Positions 19,307-30,191 of a stretch of DNA of 64,000 nucleotides are shown here, one piece after another. This DNA is from Candidatus Sumerlaeaceae bacterium. Lineage in GTDB: Bacteria > Sumerlaeota > Sumerlaeia > Sumerlaeales > Sumerlaeaceae. Made by a program: the position numbers and the translations under genes. Location: positions 64,001-128,000 of the forward strand of contig JBPCLP010000013.1 of assembly GCA_051003195.1 (NCBI GenBank), read 5' to 3'. The notes under the pieces were generated by a model. It ran no database searches and was not told the origin of the DNA. It saw nothing but the letters and a program-made list of their open reading frames with translations. How positions within the stretch are numbered: position 1 is the stretch's first letter; the number at the start of each line of letters is the position of its first letter.

Positions 19307-21643
19307 TTACGCAAGTTCCGGCGCGTCCCATTCGCGTGATTCCAATGCATTGCTGATCGAGCGCACCCGGTAGGGCGTTTCTCCGCCGTCCGGGTGCTTG
19401 ATCAACACATCTTCGCCCGGTTTTTTGCCGACGAACTGCGCCATGAACGGCGATTGGTAGGACACAATGTTACGGTCGGGATCCGTTTCGAACCTTCCAA
19501 GGACCGTGTACTTCTCGATGCGCTTCTTTTTCAGGTTCTCAACTTCGCACGCGGTGCCGAATCCAATCACAGTGGTTGATACTTTCGACTTGTCGAAGAT
19601 ACGGGCAGTCTGTAGTGCCTGCTGCAGTTGCAGCGACGCCTGCATCAGGAGTTTTTGCTGCTCCTTCGCGTAAATGTAGCCCGCGTTTTCCTTGAGATCG
19701 CCTTCGCTGCGTGCCTTCTCAATTTCCTTTGAGTTTGCCGGGATCCTCACGGTGTTCAGTTCGTTTAGCTCGCGGAGCTTCAATTCCCGGGCTCGTTCCG
19801 TGCAGTAGTGCAGCGCATCGGCGCTGGCTTGGACAGCGGCTGCGATCCCCGCGGCACCGGTCGGCTTCTCTTCCAGCAGCTCTCGCTTTGTAAGGATCAG
19901 CTGCCGTTCCGCTGCGTGCCGATATGCCTCTGCCAGCGCGCTGTGCCCTTGAATGGTGCGCCGCAACCGTCGAGCCTGGTCCAGGCTCATCTGCTCGACC
20001 GCTGTGCAAAGCAGTGAGAAGCGGTCAGTTTCAAAGAGAGATTTCGTGCGGGACAGAAGCAGCTTCGCCGTGGCCTGGGTCGCTTTGTCGACACTCGGGC
20101 GATCCATCATCTTTTCCCAGGTGTCCATTCCATCGAGCAGTTCCTGCACCAGCCATGTGGCTGGAAAGTAGCTTTCCATATGCTTCCATGAGCCGTCGAT
20201 CATTTGCTTCACAGCCCACAGGTAAGTTTGCGGGTTCTCGAGCGGACGTTCGAACAGGCCCTGCACCGCGTGTATCGCGATATCGTTGTGGTGCTCAGGG
20301 TCGAGAGCTTTCCAGATGACTTGAGCGAGTTTGCTGGGAGCCTTCGGAAACAGTTTTGCGGCGAGTTCGAATCCGCGATCTCCATGACGCTCCATCAGCA
20401 GTCGTAACGCGCGCTGCGCGTGATCGGGATGTTCCATGTCAGCCAGTTCAGAATAGCTGTCATCAAAATCCTCGAGCAACCCGGTGGCGGCTGGTAGTGC
20501 GGTTGCTTCGTTTTTGACGGCGCTGCCGGCGAGCTCGCGCAGATCCTCCGCCAGCAACGCGCATTGCAGCCGGTCCGTGCTGCTCATTTGCCGAGCCGTT
20601 TTCTCATAGTCTTCACTCAGCGCCTTCAGCATACGGTTCACCAGTTCCGGTGAAGGAGTCTTTCCGGCGGCACCTCCCTGGGAGTTCTGAAGGTGCTTAA
20701 CGGCGTTGATACGTCCCGCCAGGTCGGCGTCCGGACCGAGGAACAGGTCCTGTACTTCCTCTTCAAAAGTTTTGGGCTTGGACCGCAGAATGATTTCCGC
20801 ATGTGCTCCTCCTTTCGCATCGAAATCCACAAGCGGATCCATTCGGAGTTCGCCGCGTGCTTTGGTCCACCACGTGTTCCAGGCTTTTTCGGAAACGACC
20901 CCGTTGATAATCTGCACCTTAAGTTCGCTTTGTTTCATGCGGCCCTTGTTGCTCTCGAGCACCAGCTTGATCAACTCGACAGGGCTTTCCTCTGCCAGGG
21001 CCATCAGTCGCTCAGGTTCGGTCGCCCGTTGTGCGAGGAAGTGAGAGGGCGGCAGGTAATTAAGGAAGTCACGCACGCCCGCCAATGTCAGGACGCGGCC
21101 CTTCTCGTTTGGAAAATCCAGCGAGACCTTTCCCTCGGTAAGATCGAGCGACTTTATAACACCGACTCCCCACGTAGCGTGTTCGTAAGCACGACCCGGG
21201 GAGAATTTCAGCAGCGCACGGAAGCGTTTCAAAGCCTGGTCAATCGGTGCGCCCTGTTCTATTTTGGATACGCGCAGTATCTCGGAAACGTTCGGATGAT
21301 CCTCGTATTTCGCACTGAGCGCCAGCACCACGGCGTTGCGGAATTCCTCGCTGTCGGGCCACATAGTTGCGGCAGCGTCTACGATGCGAAGGATCACCTG
21401 CCAGTCTTCGCGCGCCTCGGCGGCTGCGACAAGCTGGGTCAGCAGCATGCGTACGGCCTCAGGATCGTACGTTGTTGCACGTGCGCGAATCAACTGGTTG
21501 TAAAAATCCGCATCCTCGGGCGGTGCTGCGCACACGTCCTTCCATATTTCGAGTAGATCGGTGGCCTCGCCGTGCTTGGCGGTATACAGCACGCGATCGC
21601 GCAACGTGGATTCTTCAACTGCAGTCGAGTTCGGATCAGTCAT
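19307..21643 (-). CDS. greA: GreA/GreB-family transcription elongation factor with ~600-aa N-terminal extension
   Basis: The C-terminal ~160 aa has IEKARSEGDLKENAGY and VSYQSPFMAQFVGKKPGE; the N-terminus is long and helical. Confidence 0.85.
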   Translation of the reverse strand: MTDPNSTAVEESTLRDRVLYTAKHGEATDLLEIWKDVCAAPPEDADFYNQLIRARATTYDPEAVRMLLTQLVAAAEAREDWQVILRIVDAAATMWPDSEEFRNAVVLALSAKYEDHPNVSEILRVSKIEQGAPIDQALKRFRALLKFSPGRAYEHATWGVGVIKSLDLTEGKVSLDFPNEKGRVLTLAGVRDFLNYLPPSHFLAQRATEPERLMALAEESPVELIKLVLESNKGRMKQSELKVQIINGVVSEKAWNTWWTKARGELRMDPLVDFDAKGGAHAEIILRSKPKTFEEEVQDLFLGPDADLAGRINAVKHLQNSQGGAAGKTPSPELVNRMLKALSEDYEKTARQMSSTDRLQCALLAEDLRELAGSAVKNEATALPAATGLLEDFDDSYSELADMEHPDHAQRALRLLMERHGDRGFELAAKLFPKAPSKLAQVIWKALDPEHHNDIAIHAVQGLFERPLENPQTYLWAVKQMIDGSWKHMESYFPATWLVQELLDGMDTWEKMMDRPSVDKATQATAKLLLSRTKSLFETDRFSLLCTAVEQMSLDQARRLRRTIQGHSALAEAYRHAAERQLILTKRELLEEKPTGAAGIAAAVQASADALHYCTERARELKLRELNELNTVRIPANSKEIEKARSEGDLKENAGYIYAKEQQKLLMQASLQLQQALQTARIFDKSKVSTTVIGFGTACEVENLKKKRIEKYTVLGRFETDPDRNIVSYQSPFMAQFVGKKPGEDVLIKHPDGGETPYRVRSISNALESREWDAPELA

Positions 21644-21895
21644 ATTGTTCGCATTACGTCCATAAGGAGTTTGGGTCGCGTTTTGGTTATAACACCGACA
21701 GGGGAGGAGCGTTCATTTTAATTGCCGATTACGACGAGGCTACGTAATCGAAGACGGGCATTCGGTACAGTTACCAATCTTCGCACCAGCTCTAAACAAC
21801 CGGCTTTAGCCTGAGCCAGCTTTGTCACCTCGACACCAATCAAGAGAGCGGGTTGCGCCAGGACAGCTAATTCCAGGCCTTTTTGGAACAGCCCG

Positions 21896-22420
21896 TTAAC
21901 GGCCCGTTCCGCTGCCTGTACCACCACTTGCTGTACCCGCCGAACCGTTGGACGTACTTCCGGGATGAGAAATGGGTGCACGATTCCGTTCGTCGTCCGT
22001 TTTTGTGGCCGGGTTTAATGTTCCGGTGTTGTTTGCCCCAAGGTTTGTTTGAGATACCGTATTGTCCGGTTTTACCCGGGGCAGGGTACCGCTGCGCACA
22101 CCTGGGTTCTGGATGACTGGCGAGCCGTTCGGGTTTGCAGCGGTGGCAGAGCTTAACACATCGCCCGTGCGCACGAGGTCAGTCGTGTATAGTCCCGGAG
22201 CGGTATTGCCGGCTCCCACCCTTGTACCTGGATCAGGAGTCCGAGCGGCTGGGCCACTGGCCGGCACCAGTGCGGCACCCGTGGGCGCGCCGTTTGGGCT
22301 GGTGGTCGTCGCAGCCGGTTCTGTGTTGGAAGGTCCGGTCGAATTGCTCTGAGACGGCTGCGCGGTTGAGCTGTCCAGCACGGCTGCTAGTAGTAAAATT
22401 GTTAAACCAAGCAATCTCAT
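21896..22420 (-). CDS. Secreted low-complexity (G/T/N/P/S-rich) hypothetical protein
   Basis: SD GAGGTG before ATG 22420; signal peptide MRLLGLTILLLAAVL; disordered composition. Confidence 0.65.
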   Translation of the reverse strand: MRLLGLTILLLAAVLDSSTAQPSQSNSTGPSNTEPAATTTSPNGAPTGAALVPASGPAARTPDPGTRVGAGNTAPGLYTTDLVRTGDVLSSATAANPNGSPVIQNPGVRSGTLPRVKPDNTVSQTNLGANNTGTLNPATKTDDERNRAPISHPGSTSNGSAGTASGGTGSGTGR

Positions 22421-22549
22421 GGCATCACCTCGTGAAACGTCTAGCCCCAGACGTGCAACGATCGTGCCCAAACACGGGAACGTCCCTGAATTCAGCCGCA
22501 GGGCCACCGCAAATACCCTATCGCATTCGCCGTTTCTGAATGCTCAGGA

Positions 22550-23644
22550 CTATTTCCCGCGAAACAGCTTCCCGACATAAATACTGCCGCCGGCGCTGAA
22601 GGCAATCCGCTCGCCATCGGGCGCTACTGACGGGTAAAGCTCCACAATGCCGGGTGTATTTGTAAGATTCGTGCGGACACTCCCATCCGCATAGGCATGC
22701 CACACATCGCTGTCTACAATGGCTCGGCCATCGCTCACCTGCTGATCGTACACGATGCCAGTGCTGTCGGGCAGCCAACTCGGATTTGTACCGGCACCCA
22801 GGTTCACGGAGCCCGATCCATCCACAGCTCCAATATACAACCCTGTTTCTGCGCCACGATAAACCACCCGTGTTTCGTCTGGCGACAGCTTGGGGGTGTT
22901 GAATCGATCCTCCGGTCCGGAAACCAGCAACTCGCGGTTTTCGCCTGGCCGCGTGGATGGAATAAAATAAATCTTTTCGTCGCGTGAAAAAACGCGTGCG
23001 GGTGCAGCGGGGGCGGGGTAGCGCTCGCCTGTAATCAGCACCTGATCGTATTGGCCGTCTGCGGCCCGAACACGCAGCGACATCCCGTCGCTGTTCCAGC
23101 TGAAGTCTTCACCACATTTGGCATCGTTCACGAGCGCTCGCACCGTTCCGCCAGGAAGAGCTCCGCTGATGAACACCGCGTTGCGTCCCTCGCGGGTGAA
23201 TGCAATGTCGAGCCCAACGGGAGACCACAGAGGCGAGATGTATCCCCCCGGATCCGTCGCTGCACGTGCATCCTGAATCTGGGCATTGCTTGTCTGCCAT
23301 GCCGGATAAACTACTTTGCTCGCCCGTGATGGAGCCCGTGCACCGACCGGGATCGGCTGCGTAATTGTGGGCTGCGTATCCATTGCCGGCGCGTTTTCCG
23401 TCTCGGTGGCTGCATGCCTTTCCAGCGACACAGAGCTGACGCTATCGCTGATGTTCTCCGTCTTTCCACTTTCAGGCGTGCCGAAAAGATCACGAGGCGA
23501 CAATACCTGTTCGGGGGTTGCCACGCCTCCGCCTGGTTGTTGAATCTGCTTCGTGCGCTGGGCGTGGTTCACGAGGTAAAGAGTAACGCTGACACTGGCG
23601 ACAACAAGTGAAGCCGCGCCAATCAGCAGCTCTGTTTTACGCAT
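22550..23644 (-). CDS. Membrane-anchored TolB-like (PD40) beta-propeller protein
   Basis: N-terminal TM; repeats P.WSP.G..IAF, P.LSPD..RVVY, NPSWLPDS and PSVAPDGERIAF. Confidence 0.8.
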   Translation of the reverse strand: MRKTELLIGAASLVVASVSVTLYLVNHAQRTKQIQQPGGGVATPEQVLSPRDLFGTPESGKTENISDSVSSVSLERHAATETENAPAMDTQPTITQPIPVGARAPSRASKVVYPAWQTSNAQIQDARAATDPGGYISPLWSPVGLDIAFTREGRNAVFISGALPGGTVRALVNDAKCGEDFSWNSDGMSLRVRAADGQYDQVLITGERYPAPAAPARVFSRDEKIYFIPSTRPGENRELLVSGPEDRFNTPKLSPDETRVVYRGAETGLYIGAVDGSGSVNLGAGTNPSWLPDSTGIVYDQQVSDGRAIVDSDVWHAYADGSVRTNLTNTPGIVELYPSVAPDGERIAFSAGGSIYVGKLFRGK

Positions 23645-23722
23645 GCAGGCTCCGGAACATGAGGCAGTGTTCTAGTGCAGCAAAATGGGGATGAAAGAAA
23701 ATACTAACTGCACTGTGCAGGA

Positions 23723-25426
23723 CTAACGAACAGCCGACTGCAGTTCCTGCGTCAGCGTTTGTTTAAGATCGGGAGTCGCACCCGTATGGACCGACCGAAT
23801 GGTGCCGTCGCGACCAATCACCACTAAATGCGGAATGCCTGACACGCCGAACGCCTGTGCGGCGCGCCCGCTGTCGAGTGCCACGGGAATACTCAGGCCC
23901 TGCTGCTTTGCAAACGCCTGCACGGTGCCGCTATCCTCGGCCATGTTCACCGCGTAGAACTCGACACCACGTCCGCGCCAGGCCTGTGCGACTTCTGCCA
24001 CTGCCGGCATCGCCTGTTTACAAGGCCCACACCACGTTGCCCAGAAATCCAGGACGACGGCTTTTTTCCCACGCAGATCCGACAGTCGAATAGTCCCGCC
24101 GTTTAGCAGCGGCAGCTCGACATCCGGTGCGCTGGCAACGGCCTTCGTCACGGGTGCGCTCATGCTGCCGGTGATCGGCGCCTGGAAATTCTGGGTGGAG
24201 GGAGCGTTCGGCCTCCGCCAGATTCCCTGCGCCGCGGGGGTGCCAAGTTGTTGCGTCTGGCCCTGCACTGCTACCAGCGGTGTCTGTTTCGGCGCCATGT
24301 TCGTTTGCGAGGCGCCCAGTCCCTCCGATAGTGACGGAACGGTTGTGTTGCTGCCAGTTCTCGGAGGTTTTTGTGTTAGAACCTGCGTTTTGATTTCAGG
24401 TGTTGCGGCAAGGGCCACATCCCTCTGTAGGTTCTGCATATCAGAAATCACAGGATCGATCGGTCGGCCTTTTTTCCTGACAGACTTCCCGGTGGATGGC
24501 TTCCAGTTCGCCGCCGCCAGGTTCGGCCCGCCAAGCTGGTCGACTTTCTGCGCACTCGCGGGCAGATTCAGACGAAACGTCGCATCCGGCAGGTCGACGT
24601 TTACCTTCCATGCGAAATCCACTTCCAGCCGCGAGTCCGCTCCGGACTGCCCGGCGGCAGGCGGCAGCGTCTGTGCTGTATACAGATGAACAGGAACGGC
24701 CGCCGGACCCATCGCAACCCACAGTTCGGTGTTCACTCCGCCCTGAAGTGGCACAAGTAGATGATAACAGGGCACTCCATAAAGCTCTTCAGGCTGCATT
24801 GCGGTCGGTGTCCCTGACATCACCTCCGCAAGTTTGGCGGGAGTCAGATCCGCCGAAAGCAGCGCGGCCGTAAGCTGGCCGAACGGGGATACCATCGGTG
24901 AGAGTCGATCATCTACCGTGTCGTCCGCCCCAAGAGCAGTTACAGTGTATTTGCTCAGAGATGGCAGGTAAAGCGTACAGTTCCTGCCATCGATTGCCAT
25001 CGCGTTGGAGCCCGACTCGCCCTGTGTCGTCCACACCACGCGGTCTGGCCGGCGCAGCCATACGCGCGAGCGGCTGGAATTGGTGCGTTCCATGCCGGAA
25101 ATAGTAAGTGTGGAGGTGCAGGTCAGCTCTGTGTAGAAGGCTTTCTGTGCCTGCAGATAATGTATGCATGATTCGAGCACCTGCACTGCGTCCAACGTCT
25201 GCATTTGAGGAGCAGCAGACGATGCCAACACGCCGGGTGGCGGGGGAAGTGGGGCGGCTGCATGCACTGGCTGTTGCTCGGAATACGTAACGCGATTCGC
25301 GGCGGGCGTCGAGACTGGCAGTTCAACCTGCGCTGAGATCAACCCGGTGAGCATAAGAAACGGCAGCGCGAGCGAAGCAAGGTGCTTACTTTGGACAACG
25401 GTTCTGCGGGGGCGGGCCATACTCAT
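23723..25426 (-). CDS. Exported DUF2092/LolA-like domain + TlpA-type thioredoxin
   Basis: Signal peptide; LRRPDR..W, DG...TLY.P..KYT and CYHL...ELWV (LolA-like fold); C-terminal LDFWATWCGPC and GIPHLVVI. Confidence 0.8.
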   Translation of the reverse strand: MSMARPRRTVVQSKHLASLALPFLMLTGLISAQVELPVSTPAANRVTYSEQQPVHAAAPLPPPPGVLASSAAPQMQTLDAVQVLESCIHYLQAQKAFYTELTCTSTLTISGMERTNSSRSRVWLRRPDRVVWTTQGESGSNAMAIDGRNCTLYLPSLSKYTVTALGADDTVDDRLSPMVSPFGQLTAALLSADLTPAKLAEVMSGTPTAMQPEELYGVPCYHLLVPLQGGVNTELWVAMGPAAVPVHLYTAQTLPPAAGQSGADSRLEVDFAWKVNVDLPDATFRLNLPASAQKVDQLGGPNLAAANWKPSTGKSVRKKGRPIDPVISDMQNLQRDVALAATPEIKTQVLTQKPPRTGSNTTVPSLSEGLGASQTNMAPKQTPLVAVQGQTQQLGTPAAQGIWRRPNAPSTQNFQAPITGSMSAPVTKAVASAPDVELPLLNGGTIRLSDLRGKKAVVLDFWATWCGPCKQAMPAVAEVAQAWRGRGVEFYAVNMAEDSGTVQAFAKQQGLSIPVALDSGRAAQAFGVSGIPHLVVIGRDGTIRSVHTGATPDLKQTLTQELQSAVR

Positions 25427-25482
25427 CAGGTGCTAGTACCATGACACCCCGAAGTGCGTTCGCAAGTGGAAGTCTACGGGCC

Positions 25483-26313
25483 TTATGGAGCCAGGTGCTG
25501 TCCAAGGGTGTCGAGTACAGTCACGTGGTCGGCTCCCGGTATTTCATGCAGCTTAATCATGGACTTATGTGCGGTCGCGAGCTCACGGCTCATTCGTACC
25601 GGGATGATCGGATCGGCATCTCCGTGAAGTATTCTAACTTCTGGAGGAGATGGACGTGCGGCGAGTGCGGCGAGCCGTTTCTCGTTATTGTAATTATGCG
25701 TAAGTACATTTGCCAGCACAGGCCCGACGACTTCGCGTGCCATCGACTGCATGGAGGTAAATGGCGCAGCCAGGACCGCACGCCGGATCGGATGCCGAAC
25801 AGCGAACTGCAGTGCCACGGCTGCCCCGAGCGAATGCCCCGCAATATTTAAATCGCCCTCGAGGTCCTGCGGTGTACAATGCAACCACGATGCGAGAGCA
25901 GCGAGTGCAGCTTCGCTGCTTTCCTCGATACTTCCGGGTGAAGCCGCTCCCTCGCATTTTCCGTATCCAGGATAATCGATCAGCAGGAAAGCAGCTGCGG
26001 GATCAGGTGCCTCTTTGACAATGTCCGACCAGAACAACGCAAGAGATCCATTGCCTCCAAAAAACAACCACAACCGGGCAGGCGCACTTGTAACATCGTC
26101 AGTATTCCTTGGTGGCACATAGAACGCCGTCTGTTTTCCGCACGCTGTCGTGTAATCGATCTCCACGCCACGTTCAGGAATAAGCCGCTTATAATCCGGA
26201 TGATACGGGCGCGGGTGATAAATCAGCTTCGCCTGAAAGAAAAACAGGAAAAGCCCCAACACGAGTAAGGCGATGGCCGTAATTTTGATTACTGACAGGA
26301 GCAGGCTGAACAT
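25483..26313 (-). CDS. Alpha/beta hydrolase with N-terminal anchor
   Basis: FGGNG, DYPGYG, GHSLG nucleophile elbow, HGDAD and GADH. Start set at ATG 26313. Confidence 0.88.
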   Translation of the reverse strand: MFSLLLSVIKITAIALLVLGLFLFFFQAKLIYHPRPYHPDYKRLIPERGVEIDYTTACGKQTAFYVPPRNTDDVTSAPARLWLFFGGNGSLALFWSDIVKEAPDPAAAFLLIDYPGYGKCEGAASPGSIEESSEAALAALASWLHCTPQDLEGDLNIAGHSLGAAVALQFAVRHPIRRAVLAAPFTSMQSMAREVVGPVLANVLTHNYNNEKRLAALAARPSPPEVRILHGDADPIIPVRMSRELATAHKSMIKLHEIPGADHVTVLDTLGQHLAP

Positions 26314-26350
26314 TCGTTTTCTCACGGCACAGGCAGACTGTTGGGTGAAG

Positions 26351-28156
26351 TCAGCCGGAGGGTTTCTGGAGCAACTCGCACAGCCGGATAAAGTCGTAAA
26401 GGTATAGTCGAATACGTTCTGCGTCGTCGCTCTTGCTCGGGTATGCGCCAAGGTACTGTTGCGCCCCAAAAATTGCCGAGGAGTCGAAGCGGTTGCTCGC
26501 TTCGAGTATTTTTAAATACAGCTGTTCCTTTTCGTCGTCAATGTCATCGGCCCGTTCCAGCGATTGCTGCACGTCGGTAAGTGAGCTCGCATTTACGGTA
26601 CGCCCAAGCGACCACATCCGGCGATCGTTGATCGACTTTCGCAGCGTACGTGAAAGCGGTACAAGGCGCGTAAGAGCATAGAGCAGGTCGGATGTCTCAA
26701 TCTCTGGTTTTTTGCCGTATGCATTGAACATTGCTTCCACGACTACCTGCTCAATTTCAGCACCCGAATAGCCTTCGCTCGCTTCCGCGAGATGATCCAG
26801 GTCAAAATCAGCTGGCTTGCGGCTGCGTTTCGAGAGGTGGATGGCGAAAATATCACGCCGCTCCGACTCTGCCGGAAGATCGACAAAGAAGATTTCATCG
26901 AAGCGCCCCTTGCGAAGAACTTCGGCGGGAAGCCGCTCAATGTCGTTAGCTGTCGCGACGACGAAAACCGGCGCCGTTTTTTCCTGGAGCCAGGTGAGCA
27001 GCGTACCAAACAGCCGTGCCGTGGTGCCGCCATCTGTCGAATCCGAGGAGCCCACTCCGCTGAGACCTTTTTCAAGCTCATCTACCCAGAGCACGACAGG
27101 AGCGATGGTCTCCGCAATAGACAGCGCACGGCGAATATTGCTTTCCGTCTCGCCCACCATCTTTGAGAAGAGACGGCCAATGTCCAGCCGCACAAGCGGA
27201 CGGCCCAGCTCGTTCGCGGTCGCTTTAGCGGCAAGGCTTTTGCCGCAGCCCTGCACGCCCACCAGCAGCACTCCTCGCGGTGGCGGAAGCCCGAAACGTA
27301 TCGCCTGCGGATCCATGGCGGTTCGCCGTTTCGCGATCCATGCCTTGAGATGGTCGAGACCCCCCACGGCAGAGAGATTATCATTTGTATCGATGTACTC
27401 CAGCAGGCCGGATTTCCGAATGATCTGTTGCTTTTCCGCATAAACGAGCGGAGCCTGCTCGGCACCCAGGCGTTGCGCCTGCACGAGCGTTTTGGCGAAA
27501 ACATTTTCGGCTTCATTGATCGTAAGGCCGACCGATGCATCCAGGATCGCTTCGAGTGAGTCTTCGTCCAGGTCTACTCTCAGGCTCCGGTTCTCCGCGA
27601 CATCCGAGGCAATCTGGCGCACGAGATCTTCGAGTTCCGCGCGGTCCGGCAGCGGGAAATCGACAATCGTAATGTCCTTTTCGAGTTCTTCCGGCAGGCG
27701 TAGCAGCGGCGAAATAATAACTGCGGTCGAAAGCGTTGTACGCAGCAGGCTCGCCAGGTCCCGCAGGCGGCGTTTCACTTCGCTGTTCTGCATGAAATCA
27801 TGAAAGTCGCGCAGAACGAAAATAGATGGTTCCGGCGTGGCGAGGATCTCCTTTAGCGCGATCAGGGGATCCTTCGTGTCACGCCGACCCTCGGCTCGTC
27901 CTTCCAGCGCGGCCCGGTAGCGCGAGAGGCCGTTGCTGATCGTCCAGTCGAACATCTTTTTCCCGAGCGACTCCGCTATGCGGTGAATCTCTGCCAGCGC
28001 ACGCTCCTCCTCCCAGCTGACGACGTACAGCAGCGGGTATCGCGCACGCACAAGCGTCTCAATAGCAGAGGCCGCGGCAGAGCGCTTGCGCGCAGGTGCA
28101 GCCGGGGCGCGATCGGGCGGCTGCGCACCGCGCGGATGCGGTCTAGCGATAGTCAC
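26351..28156 (-). CDS. Ycf46-like AAA+ ATPase
   Basis: N-terminal [16 protein letters not shown] and FVLRDFH; Walker A GVQGCGKS; Walker [24 protein letters not shown]. Confidence 0.9.
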   Translation of the reverse strand: MTIARPHPRGAQPPDRAPAAPARKRSAAASAIETLVRARYPLLYVVSWEEERALAEIHRIAESLGKKMFDWTISNGLSRYRAALEGRAEGRRDTKDPLIALKEILATPEPSIFVLRDFHDFMQNSEVKRRLRDLASLLRTTLSTAVIISPLLRLPEELEKDITIVDFPLPDRAELEDLVRQIASDVAENRSLRVDLDEDSLEAILDASVGLTINEAENVFAKTLVQAQRLGAEQAPLVYAEKQQIIRKSGLLEYIDTNDNLSAVGGLDHLKAWIAKRRTAMDPQAIRFGLPPPRGVLLVGVQGCGKSLAAKATANELGRPLVRLDIGRLFSKMVGETESNIRRALSIAETIAPVVLWVDELEKGLSGVGSSDSTDGGTTARLFGTLLTWLQEKTAPVFVVATANDIERLPAEVLRKGRFDEIFFVDLPAESERRDIFAIHLSKRSRKPADFDLDHLAEASEGYSGAEIEQVVVEAMFNAYGKKPEIETSDLLYALTRLVPLSRTLRKSINDRRMWSLGRTVNASSLTDVQQSLERADDIDDEKEQLYLKILEASNRFDSSAIFGAQQYLGAYPSKSDDAERIRLYLYDFIRLCELLQKPSG

Positions 28157-28237
28157 GAAGCTTCAGTACCACGGTCTTCGCAGAATGGTCAAGCGCTCGT
28201 GCAGTTTAAAGTGCAACAGCGGCATCACTGACTGGCG

Positions 28238-29125
28238 TCAGTCACTCCACACAGGCGCGTTTGGATCAGGTTCGTGGGTCTGGTGCTGGATGCTGATGTG
28301 AGTCACACCGGGAAATGCCCGGCGAAGGGCGTTGTCCACGCGCTGCTCAATCTCCGCAGTTTCACCGGCAGTGAGATGTTCGTCTACTACGACGTGGAGG
28401 TCCAGGTGAATGTCATTAAGTGTGCCGTGACTCCGGATCGCGTGGGCATTCAGCACTCCTCCGACGCTTTGCGCCACGTGGCGCACTTCACCCGGCTCCA
28501 GACGGCGTCGCTCTGTGAACGCATTAATATTATCGTCGAGGATATGCCGGGCGGCAGCGAGTAAAAAACCGACAACCCCGAGCGCCAGGAGCGGATCGAC
28601 CCACCACGCGAAGCGGCCCACCAGCAGTGAAAGCAGGCCCATCCCGGAGACCAGCGCATCGGAGTTCGTGTGCGCGGCATCCGCTGAAAGCAAGGCGCTC
28701 GAAAGGCTCCGGCCAGCGCGGCGCTCGTACCATGCAACTACGAGGTTGATTATCAGCGAGGCCGCAATCAGCCACACAAAAAGCCAGTCGATCGCAGCAG
28801 TGCCCGGCCTGGTCGTTGGACTGGCCGAATGATTCAGCACACTGTGAAAAATCTGCTGCAGAATCTCCCAGGCGAGCAACATGACAAGTCCGCCAATGAG
28901 CATCGCCGCGAGACTTTCGATTTTGCGATGGCCATAAGGATGTTCTTCATCCGGCGGCTGGGACGCCTGCCGCATGGCCACCATCGCGACCACGTTATTT
29001 GCACCATCCAGCAGGCTGTGAAAACCGTCCGCCAATACCGTCGTGTGTCCGCTCATAGCGCCAACTACGATCTTAAGACCTGCCAGCAACCAGTTGACCG
29101 CGAGAGTGACGCACAGGACGCGCAT
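28238..29125 (-). CDS. Cation diffusion facilitator (FieF-like) metal efflux transporter
   Basis: ADGFHSLLD, PPDEEHPYGHRKIE, ADAAHTNSD and a C-terminal dimerization domain. Start uncertain (may lie ~80 nt further upstream). Confidence 0.9.
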   Translation of the reverse strand: MRVLCVTLAVNWLLAGLKIVVGAMSGHTTVLADGFHSLLDGANNVVAMVAMRQASQPPDEEHPYGHRKIESLAAMLIGGLVMLLAWEILQQIFHSVLNHSASPTTRPGTAAIDWLFVWLIAASLIINLVVAWYERRAGRSLSSALLSADAAHTNSDALVSGMGLLSLLVGRFAWWVDPLLALGVVGFLLAAARHILDDNINAFTERRRLEPGEVRHVAQSVGGVLNAHAIRSHGTLNDIHLDLHVVVDEHLTAGETAEIEQRVDNALRRAFPGVTHISIQHQTHEPDPNAPVWSD

Positions 29126-29388
29126 GATTCCACCTGCTCGCAAAATTTCGGATTGCGGCAGTAGTTGTGGATCCGGTGAGCTGGTATTCTGGAGAGTATG
29201 GTTCAATACGGGGCTCTTGAGTAGATTGACACTATCGACTGGAAAGTGGAAAATGCGCTGCCAGCGCGCTTCCGCCTCTTGGAAGACTGCTACGACTGCA
29301 CGGTATTTGCTCTTTTTACTGGCGAACGGGCGATCAGCGCTTTCGAAAAGCGCATGAGCGAACGAACCTGAACAGGAAAGACCGAGAC

Positions 29389-30189
29389 ATGAGACAATTA
29401 AACACCGCGAGAAAAACTGCCGGTAAGGCAATGTTCATAGCACTGGGTGTTGTGGCTGCAATTATAGTTCTTTTGTTAATCCTTGTGTCGTGGGGTGTCG
29501 GGGTCAACAATAACCTCGTACGGCTGAACCAGGCCGCCGATGCGCAATGGGCGACCGTGCAGGCGCAATACCAGCGTCGGCTGGACCTGATTCCGAATCT
29601 CGTCGCGACCGTAAAAGGGGCAGCAGCGCAGGAGTTGCAACTGGTAGTGGGTGCAGTCCGCGAGCGCGCCAAGGCTACGCAAATCCAGGTCAATCCTTCC
29701 GACCCGGCACAGTTTAAACAATTCCAGGACACGCAGGCCCAATTGTCGGGAGCTCTCAGTCGGCTCCTTGTAACCGTGGAACGTTATCCGGAAATTAAAA
29801 CGAACCAGAATTTTCTGGAGTTACAGTCACAGATCGAAGGTACTGAAAACAGGATTTCCGTAGAGCGCAAACGCTACAACGAGACGGTGCAGGCGTATAA
29901 CAACGCGGTGCTCGTGTTCCCGGGTTCCTTGATCGCGTCCTTCCGCAACTTCAAGCAGCGTCCATACTTTACGGCAGACGTAGAAGCACAAAGCGCCCCG
30001 AAGGTCGACTTCGGTGCTTCGCCCGGCGGTACGGTACCGCCCGCAGGCGGACAAAGTGCCGCACCGGCTGCAGCGCCAACAACAGCTGAGCAGGTGCCTC
30101 CTCCTCCGGCGGCACCCTCACCCACCAAAGCCTTGCCACCCGAGGGCGCAATGCTCATGAAGTCCCCCGCTCTATCCGCGGCGGCTTAA
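29389..30189 (+). CDS. lemA: LemA family protein with Pro/Ala-rich tail
   Basis: YQRRLDLIPNLVATVKG, ERYPEIK and EGTENRISVER. The start may be 29431. Confidence 0.93.
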   Translation: MRQLNTARKTAGKAMFIALGVVAAIIVLLLILVSWGVGVNNNLVRLNQAADAQWATVQAQYQRRLDLIPNLVATVKGAAAQELQLVVGAVRERAKATQIQVNPSDPAQFKQFQDTQAQLSGALSRLLVTVERYPEIKTNQNFLELQSQIEGTENRISVERKRYNETVQAYNNAVLVFPGSLIASFRNFKQRPYFTADVEAQSAPKVDFGASPGGTVPPAGGQSAAPAAAPTTAEQVPPPPAAPSPTKALPPEGAMLMKSPALSAAA

Positions 30190-30191
30190 GC

